The notes beneath the pieces were generated by a model that was not told where the DNA came from, did not search any database, and saw only the letters and a list, made by a program, of their open reading frames with translations. A stretch of 64,000 bases of DNA from Camelus ferus (taxonomy: Eukaryota): positions 111,602,001 to 111,666,000 of the forward strand of contig NC_045697.1 of assembly GCF_009834535.1 (NCBI RefSeq). The letters run 5' to 3'. Made by a program: the position numbers and the translations under genes. This document shows positions 27,531 to 40,805 of the stretch, piece after piece (the stretch's first letter is position 1; each line of letters starts with the position of its first letter).

Positions 27531-30500
27531 TATACTTGGGTATTATACAAACCATTTTCTGTGCCAGAGAGGGGAAATACTGTCAGCCTATTTAAGTTGC
27601 AGCTACCCTCTCTGCCCTCAGCACTCCCTAAACTCCTTTCCTGATCTCTGTTTCCCAGAAACTCTTATCACAATTTGACAAACTATATGTTTTACCTATT
27701 TTTTTTTCATTTATTGTCTATCCTCTGCCTTGGAATGTAAGCTCTGCTATACTCTCAGGGCTTAGGAAAGTACTGCACATAGTATGCCCACAATAATACC
27801 GTTGGATGGACAAACTGGCAAGATTCATTGTGTACATCAACCAAAACATTTACCTCCAGAAACATACTTTTATTTTTTTCACTTTATTTTTTAAAATTGA
27901 AGTGTAGTCAATTTACAGTGTTAGTTTCAGGTGTACAGCAAAATTATGTATATATATTTTTTCAGTTTCTTTTCCATTGTGGCTCCTTTACAAGAAATCG
28001 AATAAATTTCCCTGTGCTATATGGTAGGTCCGTGTTCAGAAACATACATTTTAACTCAAGTTCATGCAATGTACATTGTAACAGCTGCGTACTAAATCTA
28101 TATATTAATTTTCATTTTCTTTTTCCTTTTGAAAGCACAAAATCAATGGTCCCCAGAAATAAGGAAGGCCCAGAGAAACTTCTTTGATTTCAGTCAGTCA
28201 GTCGGCCAACATTTATTGAATGACCTCTTTGATAAATAGGGAGTTGGGGTGGGTAGAAAAAAGAAAAAACTTAAGGCAAGGATTCTGCCTTAAGACTCTT
28301 GTAATTAACTTGAACCACAAGAAATAAATCCAGTGTTTTAAGTCAAATTAATTAGAGGGAAACACCAGATAAGAAAATCTTCACAAGTAAGATGAATGCT
28401 GACTTGAGTACTTAAGAAAGAGAAAGGCACATAGTGGGCAGCAAAGGGGGATTTTAGACAAATGAGTCCAAGAGTGGGGTAATAAGGAAAAGCCAAGACG
28501 CCAATGTTAAGGCCAGATCCTGGGCATCCTTGAATGGATGTTAGGCTTTATGTGGAGTAACAGGTCTTGGAGGAGTATGCGTGTGTGTGTGTTTGCATGC
28601 GCACGTGTGCTTGGCCAGGCAGACATCTGGAGCATTTCATCTGGCATTGTTGTGCAAAAGGAATGACAGGTAGGAGAGACTGGAAGCAGGAAGGTTAGTT
28701 GGGAAGCTATTTCGAGAGTTCATGTGTGAGACAATAGGGTTGTGCTCTCTAAATGAAAAGGAGAACCAAAGAGATGGCAAAAAAGGAACAAGTATGACTT
28801 GACAACCAGTTTGATATGGGAGCAAGGAAGATGAGGTAGTCAGAAATCCTAAGACTTTCAACCTGAGACTCTGGAGAGAGAATTGATAGAAAGAAGAAAG
28901 TCACACGAGGTAGATGATGATGTATGTGGTTTAGGCCTGCCAAGTTTTCAGGAAGAGCAAGATATCCAAGCAAAATATCCAGCAGGAAATTGAAGGTAAG
29001 CCAGGACAAGGACACTTTTATAAAGAAAATCACTCAGAAAATTATTGGCCCCTGAAGAAACCAGTAATGCAAGTTTCTGTGAGAGCTACTTTGTTATAAG
29101 ATGTAAGCTCAAAAAAAAGGATAAATTCTCCACATTTCTCTCAGCATAGGTTGGCATCCCAGTGTTGCTTTCTTAATTTTAAGTTCTAAAATTGTGCAAA
29201 TAATGCATCATTACGTTCTTACAGTGAAAATTCAAACCACCAAGTGATGATATCCACCAGCCCCTCCCCCAATCCCCTCTGTGTAAACAGAGATTACCCA
29301 TGGTAATGGTTTCGTGTGTGTCTTTTCAAACATTTTCCTGTGCAGTTACAGACATACGTGATACATATAGAAAAACCTGGGGTTTTTTGTTTGTTTGTTT
29401 CACACAGTGGGATCATGCTGTGTGGTACCATCAGCCCATTAGCAGCTGCTAAGGAAGACTTACTGCCAATTTGCTGTAGCTGCGGGGACCCAGGCAGGGG
29501 GAGCGGAGCTGCCAGCTGCCAATGCATCCAGGATTTTAACTGATACTAATTTCAGGGAAGATTTTGAACATCAGAAGTTTGGCTAATGCATTAGATTAAA
29601 CAGTACCCTGCCAGATGGATACTCCATTGCATCTTAGTACCAGGCAACTTTTCCCTCCCCTCTCACCAAAACACACATACTGTTTTAGAAATCTTAGTTT
29701 TCCTCTAATCCTTAGGAAGCAAAATTCAAAGTCACTACTTCCCCAGTCAAAATTAGTTTTTTAACACTGGATTTTACATTTCCCAGAAATCCTTGTATTT
29801 CTAGGTTCTCTGTTTCTGTTTTTTTCATATCCTTTGTTTCAATCTGTACTTGTCTCCGTAATTTTTCATTCCAGTTGCCTCGACCAAGAAGGATGCTTTC
29901 TCTTTAAAACTTAGGTACTAGAAAGATCTTGAAGGGCTAAGTTGTGGTGGATATCTGTTCATTGTATGTTGGTCAAGAATTGCTGAAATTTTATTCTTTT
30001 GTGTTTTAGTTCCTGATTAAACCTTCCTAAAACTGTAGTAATTACATGCCTACTTATAATGATTTACTTTAAAGCATGTTTAGATATGGCAGTGACATGC
30101 ATTTTATTTAGCACAATCCACTTTTAAAGTTCTAACTGTAGAAAGCTATATATGTTCATGATTACAGTTTATTTGAATGTGTAGTATTTTGGGAACAGTA
30201 AAGTACCATACTTTGCGGGGGTGGAATGAAAATAATTTATTTTTAAATGAACTAAAGTTTTTAAAAATGTTCAGTGTCTAGGGTAATCTTGAAATTCATT
30301 GGTTCTATTTTATATCATAAGCTATGAATCAAAACATCTTTATACAATGGAATCTCACTAATGTGGTTTTCAAAAATCCATGTCATATGGTCACCACTAA
30401 CTACTTTGGTAATTGTGGTTATTAAATCATCTTTGAGATTTTTTTTTCTCTTATACTGAATTTCATACCAAATAATTTTTGCAAGTAAGTGGAAGTGTCT

Positions 30501-31766
30501 TTCAGATGACCAGCTGAAAATGATTTATATTTCATCAACAACTTGTCATAATCGTGTTATTAGAAAACAATGGTTGAAGCCACTTTGAAAACTCATCTGG
30601 TTTATTCATCTGATTTCATATGGGGGTATGACTGATTCTAAAGGCATTCGGGGAATATTTCAGAACTTTCTCCTGTAACTCATTCCACACTTTTACAGTC
30701 CTTGCCAAGATTCAGCGCCCAGTACTGTGTTTGCTTTGGAAACAGATTCAAAAAAATAACCCTCCTGGGAACAGCTTGCCCACCCTGAGGAAATGAGATG
30801 TACGTACCTCAAATTATAGGGGAATATGATTCATGAGTGAAAAAATAATTCGGGGATGCGATTACCCCAGAAACACTTTTCCTCACACAGGAAGGAGAAC
30901 ACAAACGGCAGACCTGGCAGAAACGATGGGTCTGCCCCAACTGGAGGTGAAAAGCGGTAGCTGAGGTTGGACAGGAAAGGCAAGGTGTTTTCCCAGGGGA
31001 CTCCCAAAGCCTGACTGAGAGGTGGTTTGAAATTGCTCTAATAAGCTGAGGTGTTTTAATAGGGGAGTAAAATATGCAGGCGAGATTTATCTGGCTGAAG
31101 TGGACGGACTTGCTGGGAGTCTTTAGAAGGAAGGGCATTGATTGAGGAGACATTACACATTCAACAAAAGTTTAAAAAAAAATAGATGTGTCCTGTGACA
31201 GCAATTCCACTTCTAGGAATTTATCTTAAAGAGGGAATCATAGATGCAGACAATAAGTCAGCTACCAGAATATTAAATCAGTATATTCATACAATAATAA
31301 ACTGGAAATTGAAATTGACCAAAAGGTGGCTGGTCAAAAATTACTATCACACCACTATATAGTGGATGATTATGGGGCCGTTAAAATTGATATGTCAAAA
31401 GACTACTTAATGTCATAAAAAGATGACACTGATGAAATGAAAAAGGAAGTTACAAAATACTGTGTATAGTATGATCGTAGGCATGTACTAGGGGAAAAGT
31501 GTGCGTATGTGTGCAGCTCTGTGTGTGATGGGTAAGGTGAACAAATACGACACAGTTTAATGACATAGAAAATGCAATTTTTGTCCTTACGAACATATAT
31601 TCATTGGTATTATCTTTTCCTGTCGTAGGAGGAAGTGCGGAACGGGCCCATCCCTCTAGTAGAAAGTCCTTCAGCCATTCATAGTTCTAAGAAGCCACAA
31701 CTCAGTCTTAAGTAACAGTCAAAATTCCAAATTAACTTTGTGTTAACTTTTCTTCTCTCCGCAGTC

Positions 31767-31907
31767 TTTTTTTTTTTTCAATGTGTGTATAGTGGGGGGT
31801 AATTAGGTTTACTTATCTATTTTATTGATGGAGGTACTGGGAACTGAACCAAAGACCTCATGCATGCTAAGCATGTGCTCTACCACTGAGCTGTACCCCC
31901 CTCCCCC
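31767..31907 (-). mobile_element. tRNA-derived SINE (Vic-1-like)
   Basis: Reverse complement of the 5101 SINE, including tail. Confidence 0.88.
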
Positions 31908-33286
31908 ATCTTGGACTACTTCAGTCTGAAGTCTTGTAGGGAGGAAAGTTGAGGAGAGGGTGAGGTCCCTCTGCAGTGCTCCTTAGACTTAGGCTGACTG
32001 ACCAGAAAATCTGAATTCTAGAACCACCTCTACATGCCAGACTAGTAAATTAACTGTTCCAGTTTATTACCTCATGTGAAAAATGGAACTAATAACACTT
32101 GGCCTACCTACATCTTAGATTTATTGTGAATACCATAGAAGCAGAACTATTTTGCAGAGTTAAGTAGTGTTTTGCTAGCATATTATCAAATACAATGTAC
32201 TAGTCTAGGGATCCAAAACCCAAATGCCTACAGGAGGCCAGGAAGGTGACCTAAATCTCCAGGTGTGAGATGGCAAACGGCAGCCGGCATCTGACCTTGA
32301 CGCTGGGAAGCATGGCACTGTGGTAGGGAAGAGGGTAAGCGGACGGGGGAGTGCTCCTGCCTGGTGGGCGGCGATTCCTTAGATCTGACCTGCTTGTGCC
32401 ACGTGGAAACATAGGCTGTGTTGCTAGATCCTCTCATATTTCAAGGGAAGCCACAAATTCTGACTTTTATGTGAAATCTTCTATTTTTCCAATGTTGACA
32501 ACTGATTTAAAGATCAAATCTATGTTGGTACTTAGAGCAACAAAGTGTGAGTTGAACTAAGAATGAATAAGGTCTGGATTCTGTCCCCGTGATGTTGCTT
32601 CGTAATTCGACACTACACTATAGACAACTCAAAGGCAGAGACCTCGACTTTTCCCTCTGTGGTCTTAATATTTTATACAACATCTAACATATTTGGTGCC
32701 TAATAAATGCCAATAAAGCTATGGATGAATGCCACTAAATTGAAAGACTATTTCTGCAGGTGAAGACGTCAAGCAACTCAACACTGCCTTCCTGCCTTGC
32801 ACAAAAGAGTTCTTTATATATGACATTTAATTGTAACAATCTTTCCTTTTATTCTTCCCAGCCCATCAAGTTAGAGTAGGGGAAGGAAGTAGAAGACAGC
32901 TAAACGAACAGATGCAAAATAAGAGACTAAAGTGAGCAAAGAGTTAAGCTAAATACATAAAATCAGGTGTCTGGTTACTCTGGTGCCCTATCTTATAAGG
33001 AGATTGGATTGTCAGATTGAAGTGGGTGGATTTAACTAACTTTAGGTGAATGAGAAGTAGTGCAGGGCCTCATTGAGGGGGTGTGGGGGTCTCTTGTGGG
33101 GACAGCAGGTAGTTGGAGAAGACTTCCTGAGGGAGTGATGTTATTTCATTCAACAAGTACCTATTGGATGTTTATATGGACGACATCAGTGAACAAAGCA
33201 AAGACCTTCAACCTTCATGGAGCTTATGTTTCAGTCGAGGACACAATTGACATAAAAATTTGAAGATTATACAGGATGTTGGGAGG

Positions 33287-33629
33287 TGGGATGGTCAATT
33301 TCATGGGCCAGTTGGCTCGGGTATGGTCCTAAGTCATACAGTCAAACACTAATCCAGGTCTTGCTGCAAATGTTATCCTACATAATCTGGGTAGGCCTGC
33401 TCCAATCAGGGGAAAGACCCTAGGAGTGGAACTGAGGCTTTCCTCAGAACAAGAAAGCCCCCCTGTGGACTGCAGCTTTGGCCCATGTGGGCAAGTCCCA
33501 GTCTCCCCTTCCTGACAGAATGCCCGGTGGATTTTGGACTTGCCTGACCAGCCCCCATAGTTGCATAAGCCAGCTCCTTGATATATCTCCTTCTGGTTCC
33601 ACTTCTCTAGGGGATCCTTGACTGGTGCA
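33287..33629. mobile_element. MLT2-like ERVL LTR
   Basis: GATGGTCAATTTCATG...CAGTCAAACACTAATCCAGG...TGGATTTTGGACTTGCC...CTGGTTCCACTTCTCT; family recalled from memory. Confidence 0.65.
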
Positions 33630-33849
33630 AAAAGTGATGGGGTACCAGAGAGGTGGTAGTGCAACACGACAAGAGGGAGCATGTTGTAGTATTAAACAGG
33701 AGAGTCAGCTTAGGTTTGACTGAGAATGGCTTGGCAGACAAGAGGCAGTGAGGCAAGTCTGTTCCTTTGGGACAATCAGTCTAGGCAGAAAGAACTACTA
33801 GAACAAAGTCCTTAAGGTAGGAAATTTGTGTGTGTGTGTGTGTGTTTTC

Positions 33850-33925
33850 CTTATTAGAGGCACTGGGGATTGAACCTAGGACCTCGTGTGTACTAAGCAT
33901 GCGCTCTACCACTGAGCTATACCCC
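33850..33925 (-). mobile_element. tRNA-derived SINE head (Vic-1-like)
   Basis: GGGGATTGAACCTAGGACCTCG...CTCTACCACTGAGCTATACCCC. Confidence 0.88.
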
Positions 33926-34141
33926 AACCATCCAGCAGGAAACTTTGAAGAAGGGGGCCAGTTTGGCTGTTGCAGAGTAAGAGTGGGGAGCAGGAGAGGA
34001 GATCAGAGAGGTAAGGGGCAGGGGCAGAAATTTAGACCATTGTAAGGACCTTAGATTTTACTTTGAGTGAACCAGAGAATCATCGCACAGTTTTGAGAGA
34101 AGGGTGCATAATCTGACTTATGTTTTTAAAGGATCATTTAC

Positions 34142-34847
34142 TGTGGAAAACAGTATGGAGATTCCTCAAAAGACTAGGAATAGACTTACCATATGACCCA
34201 GTAATCCCACTCCTGGGCATATATCCAGAAGGAACACTACTTCAAAAAGACACCTGCACCCCAATGTTCATAGCAGCACTATTTACAATAGCCAAGACAT
34301 GGAAACAGCCTAAATGTCCGTCAACAGATGACTGGATAAAGAAGAAGTGGTATATTTATACAATGGAATACTATTCAGCCACAAAAACCGACAACACAAC
34401 GCCATTTGCAGCCACATGGATGTTCCTGGAGAATGTCATTCTAAGTGACGTAAGCCAGAAAGAGAAAGAAAAATACCATATGAGATCGCTTATATGTGGA
34501 ATCTAAAAAAAAAAAAACCATAAATACAAAACAGAAACAGACTCATAGACATAGAATACAAACTTGTGGTTGCCAAGGGGACGGGGAGTGGGAAGGGACA
34601 GACTGGGATTTCAAAATGTAGAACAGATAAACAAGATTATACTGTATAGCACAGGGAAATATATGCAAGATCTTGTGGTAGCTCACAGCAAGAAAAGAAA
34701 TGTGACAATGAATATATGTATGTTCACGTATAACTGAAAAATTGTGCTCTAAACTGGAATTTGACACAACATTGTAAAATGACAGTAACTCAATAAAAAA
34801 TGTTAAAAAATAAAATAAAATGCAAGAGTTTTAAATAAATAAAAAAA
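34142..34847 (+). mobile_element. Young 5'-truncated LINE-1
   Basis: Open ORF2 C-terminus ([20 protein letters not shown]...YTMEYYSA); 15-bp TSD TAAAGGATCATTTAC at 34127-34141 and 34848-34862. Confidence 0.96.
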
Positions 34848-35294
34848 TAAAGGATCATTTACATTTGAAAAGATGACTATGCTGAAAACAGACTATGGGA
34901 TGGAGGATATAAGGGCAGAAGCAGGGAAATCCGATGAGGTGTTCTAACAATCCAAGCAGCAGAATGCTTGGACTGAGTCTCAAAGACAGACTTGACATGC
35001 AGGTGGTTCACATTTGACTGCCTGCTGCCTATGCCATACCAGTTCTGAAATATTTTTAATATCCCCCTGCTCGAGGGACAAGTAGGAAGTAGGCAGTGAA
35101 TGCAGCCATGAAGGTTCTAGTCACGTGCAAAGGCACAGGAGCGTAAGAAGGATCAGCATGTTCACAAGTCTCCCAGACCACCAGTACGGCTTGAACCATT
35201 GATACAGAGTAATAATTAACTACAGACACAGGCACATACCTCCTGCCAGACACTTTTCTAAATACCTTTCACATACCATAGAAAAACTCAGTCG

Positions 35295-35790
35295 ACTTTG
35301 TCTATTGCTACAAAACAAACCACTCCAAAATCTAATGACTCAGTCACCACTTACTGCTCAAGACAGTGTAGGTTGACAATTTGGATTCAGTTGGTAAAGT
35401 TCGTCTCTGCTCTGTCTTGTGTCAGCTGGAATCTTTTGTGTGTTTGCACTCACTTGGCAAGTTAGGGGAGCTGGCTAGTCCCAAAAGGCCTCATTTACAT
35501 ATCTAGCTGTTGATTGAAGGGGTAGGGGGAGTGGGGTCAGCTGGACAGATGTCCCTCATCATCCAGCAGGTCAACCCAGGCTTCTTCAGGTGGTGACTGG
35601 GTTCCAAAAAGCAGCAAAGGAGGGAGGGCAAAAACTCACTGTGCAAGTGTTAGCAAGACTGCTTCCTTCACTGGCCAAAGCAGGCTAAGTGGTCAAACCG
35701 AAACTCATTGTGGGAGAGGATTTCCTGAGGTCATGGGTTCAGGGAGGCATCACTCATTGGGTTTGCCATTACTTCAGCAACCTACCGTCT
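35295..35790. mobile_element. MLT1-like MaLR LTR
   Basis: CTATTGCTACAAAACAAACCACTCCAAAA...CATCCAGCAGGTCAACCCAGGCTTCTTCA...TGGCCAAAGCA motifs. Confidence 0.65.
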
Positions 35791-35970
35791 TTGCACAAAC
35801 CCTGTGAGGTAGCCTGTTAACCCTGTTAACATCCCCATTTTCCAGATGAGGAAACTGCAATCCACACAGGTACACAGTGTAGTAATCACTACCCAGCAGA
35901 GGCAAGGTCAAGGTCCGGACCCAGCCCGGCACCAGAGACTGAGGGGAAGCCGTGCAGTGACTGCAGACGG

Positions 35971-35971
<1 letters not shown>

Positions 35972-36001
<30 letters not shown>

Positions 36002-36016
36002 GCGGGGGGGGGGGGG
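35972..36016. repeat. (GT)n plus poly-G tract
   Basis: Directly visible. Confidence 0.9.
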
Positions 36017-36179
36017 TTCTGGGTACTGGAACGCTGCCCAGGTGCCTGCAGACTGAGGGCAGGTAGAGGCAGCGGTGGGTGGAGGACTTGTGGGAAAAGG
36101 AGAGAATAAAGCTTTAGCCCAGAAATGGAGTCCGAGTCCCAGGCTGGGAGAAAAACCAACCCTGAACCGAACTGTAGAG

Positions 36180-36580
36180 GCAGGTGGAAGCGTAAATCAG
36201 TCGGCACTGGGAGTCAGCTCCGGAGAAGACGCCGAGGGCGGAGCGAAAGCGGAGCATCCACGTCGCCGCGGACAAACTGGGCACGCTTGAAAAACCGTAT
36301 CTAGTTTTGTAGCAGTTTACCTGGAATCACAGGCATCTCAGCAGAAATAAAATTCTGTTTTACGCCTCTTTTGTGAGGGTGCGGGGGTCTGTAAAAACCG
36401 GGAACAGTGAGTGTGCCGAAACACCAGAGAGCAGCTCTGAGCAGCTGAGAGTATTTATAGATGTCAAGTACACGAAGCACGCCCACGTCACACACCCGCT
36501 CCCAGGAATCCAGGAGGAGGCCGGGAGAGTACAGGGGGTACACGGGCGGTCTGTACCCGACGCGGGGGTGTGCCAGGCAT
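36180..36580 (-). promoter_or_regulatory. Candidate orphan promoter and first exon
   Basis: Local CpG enrichment; minus strand GGGTGTG-TGACGT-GGGCGTG, then TATAAATA (36459-36452), then donor CCAG|GTAAAC at 36321/36320. Confidence 0.45.
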
Positions 36581-38306
36581 CACCATTTAAAAATCCTCAG
36601 GAGAACCTGACCAGGGTTTTACCAAAGCTATAAGATGCATAATTGGAAGGCTTGTAGAAGGAATTAGTTTGAATGCAAGATTTTTCTTCCTCCAAACACA
36701 GGCTGTGACATAATCTGTCTGAATCTCTCAAAATGGAGACATGTCTGCTGTGACCTTAGGTGAATGGATTGCTGAGAGATTGCCAAAGGGTTGCAGCTCT
36801 TTCTTCTACTCCATACAGTTCTCTACCATCACTTTGAACAATAAAATATATGGATTTTATGATCATGAAGTCTTTAAAAAAAAAAGTAATAAGCTGTCTA
36901 GACAGAGCTGTCTGGTTCTGTTGGTGTAAAATGCAGAGGGGGCCACATGGGGGGCCAGGAGGGGGACCAGGAGGCACTCCCCTGACACCCTGGGCCCCCA
37001 AATTTGGGAATGAAACTGTTAAATTCTAAGACCACATTTCAACCAATAATAGTCTCTAAGCATGAAAAACAGGGGCTTTGGTGGCCTTTTGATTTGGCAT
37101 CTTTAGTGGCAATGGAGACATACATCATTTATCAGAAAAGTCATCACTTTTTCACTCAGCAGAAAAAAAAAGGGGGGAAAGAAATTACTGTAAGACCCAG
37201 ACTGAGAACAGATAATACAAAAGACTGAGGGCATCTGCTTTCCTGTAACTAACGCAGTGAGGTGCACAGGGCAGAAAAGTTTAGCAGAGACTCAGAAACG
37301 TTCCCTGTGGGAGTAAACACAGGCACGTGCTGGCCTTTTCCAGACCAAGCAGGCCTCAAACTTTTTAACAAACCAGACATCTACTGAGCACCTGCTCTGG
37401 GCTGCTGAGTGAGCAGGGAATTCACCAGTGGGCCAAACACTGCCTCTTTGTTTTATTTTGTTTTGGTCTATCCCTGTTCTGCCACTAGTTCCTTCAGACA
37501 TTTGATGGGTGGTGGAATTTTTTTTTTTAAATGCAAATCTCTTACCTCTGATTTCTCAAGAGGAGAAGAAAAGACAGATTAATAATGCTGTCTCTTGGGA
37601 AGTTTTCAGTGACTCACTCGCCAGGGTTTCTAAATTCACAGAAGCTCACTGACAAGAGAAGACATCTCTTTCTTTGAGCTGTTAATTCCTCCTTTGGGTA
37701 TAAACCATCTTCTCTTTTTAACATGATTTCATAATGAGCTCTCTCTTAGCATAATAATAGCAAAAGTTAGAGTGGCTTCTTTCCCACTTTTAAATTCTCT
37801 GTCAGTCACTCCACATGACTGCCGTGGCTCTGTGACACCAGCAAAGTCACACTGTGTCCATGACTGCCTGGCACTTAGAGGGGAACCAGAGAAAAGATGG
37901 CTCGCACAGGTCCTGGAATTTTTTTTTTCTTTTTGAATCATAACATAGAGCTAATAGAATGCTTGAGGGGAAACCTTAAACAAGCTAGAGCCTGGATTCA
38001 TAGGAACAGGGAGACATAAAACAGGTAGACTTTATGAAGGTTATTTATTGAAAAGAAAGAAGAAGGGATGAGGCCAAGGCACATTTCATTATTTTCCTGT
38101 TCTTTCCCTTCCAGCAAGGCAACCCTCAACATAGAACAGCCTTCTCAGCCTGCACAACCATCTTCTTGTGCAGTCCAATCTGTCTTAAAGGAGAAGTGCA
38201 CCTCTCTCCTCCAGCACCAGCAGGCCTCGGCTGAGAAGCAACCCAGGACAGAAAGGTTAGCACACCAGGACAAGCACCACAGAACAACACAAAACTGTTG
38301 CTCTTT

Positions 38307-38868
38307 CATGGAAACAGCCTAAATGTACATCAACAAAAGACTGGATAAAAAAGCTGTGGTATATTTTTAAGTGGAATACTACTCAGCCATGAAAAAAGAA
38401 TAAAGTAATGTCATTTGCAGCAACATGGATGGACCTGGAGATCGTCTTTCTAAGTTAAGCCAGAAAGAGAAAGAAAAATACCATATGATATCACTCATAT
38501 GTGAAATCTAAAGAAAAAGAAAAAAGAACTTATCTATAAATTGATGAACTTATCTATAAAACAGAAACAGACTCACAGACATAATAAACAAACTTACGGT
38601 GATGAGAGGGGAGAGAGGGTGGGAAGGGATAAATTGAAAATTCAAGATTTGCAGATATTGTAAAATATATAAAACTATATAAAAAAGGCATTTCTTCTAT
38701 ATAGCACAGGGAATCATATTCAATATTTTGTAGTAATCTACAATGAAAAACAATATGAAAATGAATATATGTGTGTACATGTTTGACTGAACTATTATGC
38801 TGTACATCAGATATTGACACAATGTTGTGAACTGACTATACTTCAATAAAAAATAAGTAAAACAAAAT
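38307..38868 (+). mobile_element. LINE-1 3' fragment
   Basis: L1 3'UTR; 14-bp TSD AACTGTTGCTCTTT at 38293-38306 and 38869-38882. Confidence 0.93.
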
Positions 38869-40596
38869 AACTGTTGCTCTTTTAAATTCAGACAGAATTC
38901 AGGAATCTGTGGAAATTCAGAGGTGAAAGGGACAAATTTAAGTTAAGAAAAACTAGGAAGGGGTAACAAGAGGAATGGCTTTTGAATCGAGCCTTGAAAG
39001 ATGGGTAGGGTTTCCATGGCAGAAATGTGGATAGAGAGATAAGGATCTGCTTCTCTGTGTTGTGAGCTTGTGACTCCGTCTTCCTGAGATTCATTCAGTA
39101 TCTTCCTCTCTAAAAAAGAGGCTTGGAGGGTCTGGAAGCTTCCCCCAGCTCCGCTCTTCCCCCAGCATGCCATTTAGAGTCCAGTTGAACTTTGGCTAAT
39201 ATTTGCCTGGATCTTGATCAAGTTCCTTCCCACTCACCTTCCCTTTCATACCACTTTTTGCCTTCCTCCATTTCCTCCCTTTATCCTCTTTAAGTTACTA
39301 GTGAAATCACCACAGCTTACGTAAATCTATTTGTCAGCACTGCCACAAGGATGGTGCAGACACGAGCCACTGTCAGGGCCCCGTGACACTGACTCTCAGC
39401 TTGCAGGCTTCTGGGGGAGCTGCCCCTGGTCCTGTCCCCTCCCACCTTCTAGAGTCTTCTTCCTTCTCACAGTCACTTTCAAAGAATGTTCTGAATCCTT
39501 ATCTTTGTCTACACCATTTCCCAACACATTGCTTCTGTGGAAAAAGATCCAGATAAGTACTTATTAGCTAAAGAAACCCACAAAAGTTTCCCAAATCTTG
39601 TTTAATATTGTAAGGAATGTTCTAGGAAAGCTAAAATCAAACACTAAGGAACTGCCATCTGGACTCTTTTCCTCACATGACACAGTTACCATTCTTGTGT
39701 GAGAAAAGTGATAATAAGGACACCAGTAATAGCTCATTAAATCAATCTCATTCAAGAAGGTTAGGATAATTCTAGTGTGGCAGGATCATGACCTTTGTAC
39801 TTTTTCTGAAGAAAGTGCTTGCTAAGTAAATCATTAATTAAAAAAAAAATCCAGAGGGAACTATTAGCCTTCCTCACTCTGGAAATTCTGTGGCAGCATT
39901 TATTTGCATGTAAATGATAACAAATTAAGAATAATTTTTTGATCAGTCTGTTAAAAAGGTCCAAACTTTCTCTCCTTGAAAGGTTTGTAGGAATTAGCCC
40001 ATATTCCAGGGGACCTTTAAAATACAAACTTGTAGATCCTGAGAAGAACTTCATAAAATCAGACCTTGATTCACTTGAATTTCCAGACATTTATTCAGAG
40101 TAATCGTGATAAAGAACTTTATCCACCAACTGATGACTTTGAACTAAGCTTATTTTAATCCAGATAAGTCAACCTGGACAGACATCCTTGCCTAGTGACC
40201 AAGTGAACCACACTTGCTACAAAGAAAGGTCATGAAAACCCCAAGAAGATACAAGGGTTCTTCTTCCAGAAATGACTGATAAAATAAACCTTCATCCATG
40301 GGATAGAGGTGAAGTGTCCTGTTTGTTCTCCAGGGAAAGTATTTCTCTAACAGTTCAGAGTAGTTACTGTGCAGCAAATAAATGTGTGTTCCTGCTCTGC
40401 TATTTGCCCCCAAATAATACACATATTTGATTTCTATTTGTAATTCTAGTTTTGGGGGCAATAGACTTGCTACCTTAAAATACTGACTCCTTGTACATTG
40501 TAGTGAACAGCATTTTTTATTTATTACTATACACTTAATTGTATGGTGATTTATTCTTAGAGGTCCTGTTCTCCATAAACTTAAAATTCAAGTACA

Positions 40597-40805
40597 TTTT
40601 TCTTTTTTTTTTTAATGAAAATATAGTCAGTTTACAATGCTCTATCAATTTCTGGTGTACAGTATAATGTTTCAGTGATACATATACATACATATATTCA
40701 TTTTCATATTCTTTTTCATTATATGTTACTACATGATATTGAATATAGTTTCCCTGTGCTCTACAGAAGAAATTGTTGTTTATCTATTTCATATATACTA
40801 GTTAC
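40597..40805 (-). mobile_element. LINE-1 3' end
   Basis: Poly-T followed by the reverse of the L1 3'UTR (ATAGTCAGTTTACAATG...CCCTGTGCT). Confidence 0.85.

Noticed and set aside
36756..37001. Collagen-like GVPPGPPPGPP ORF and G-run cluster
   Set aside because: Short G/C-run low complexity with no sustained Gly-X-Y register or splice support.
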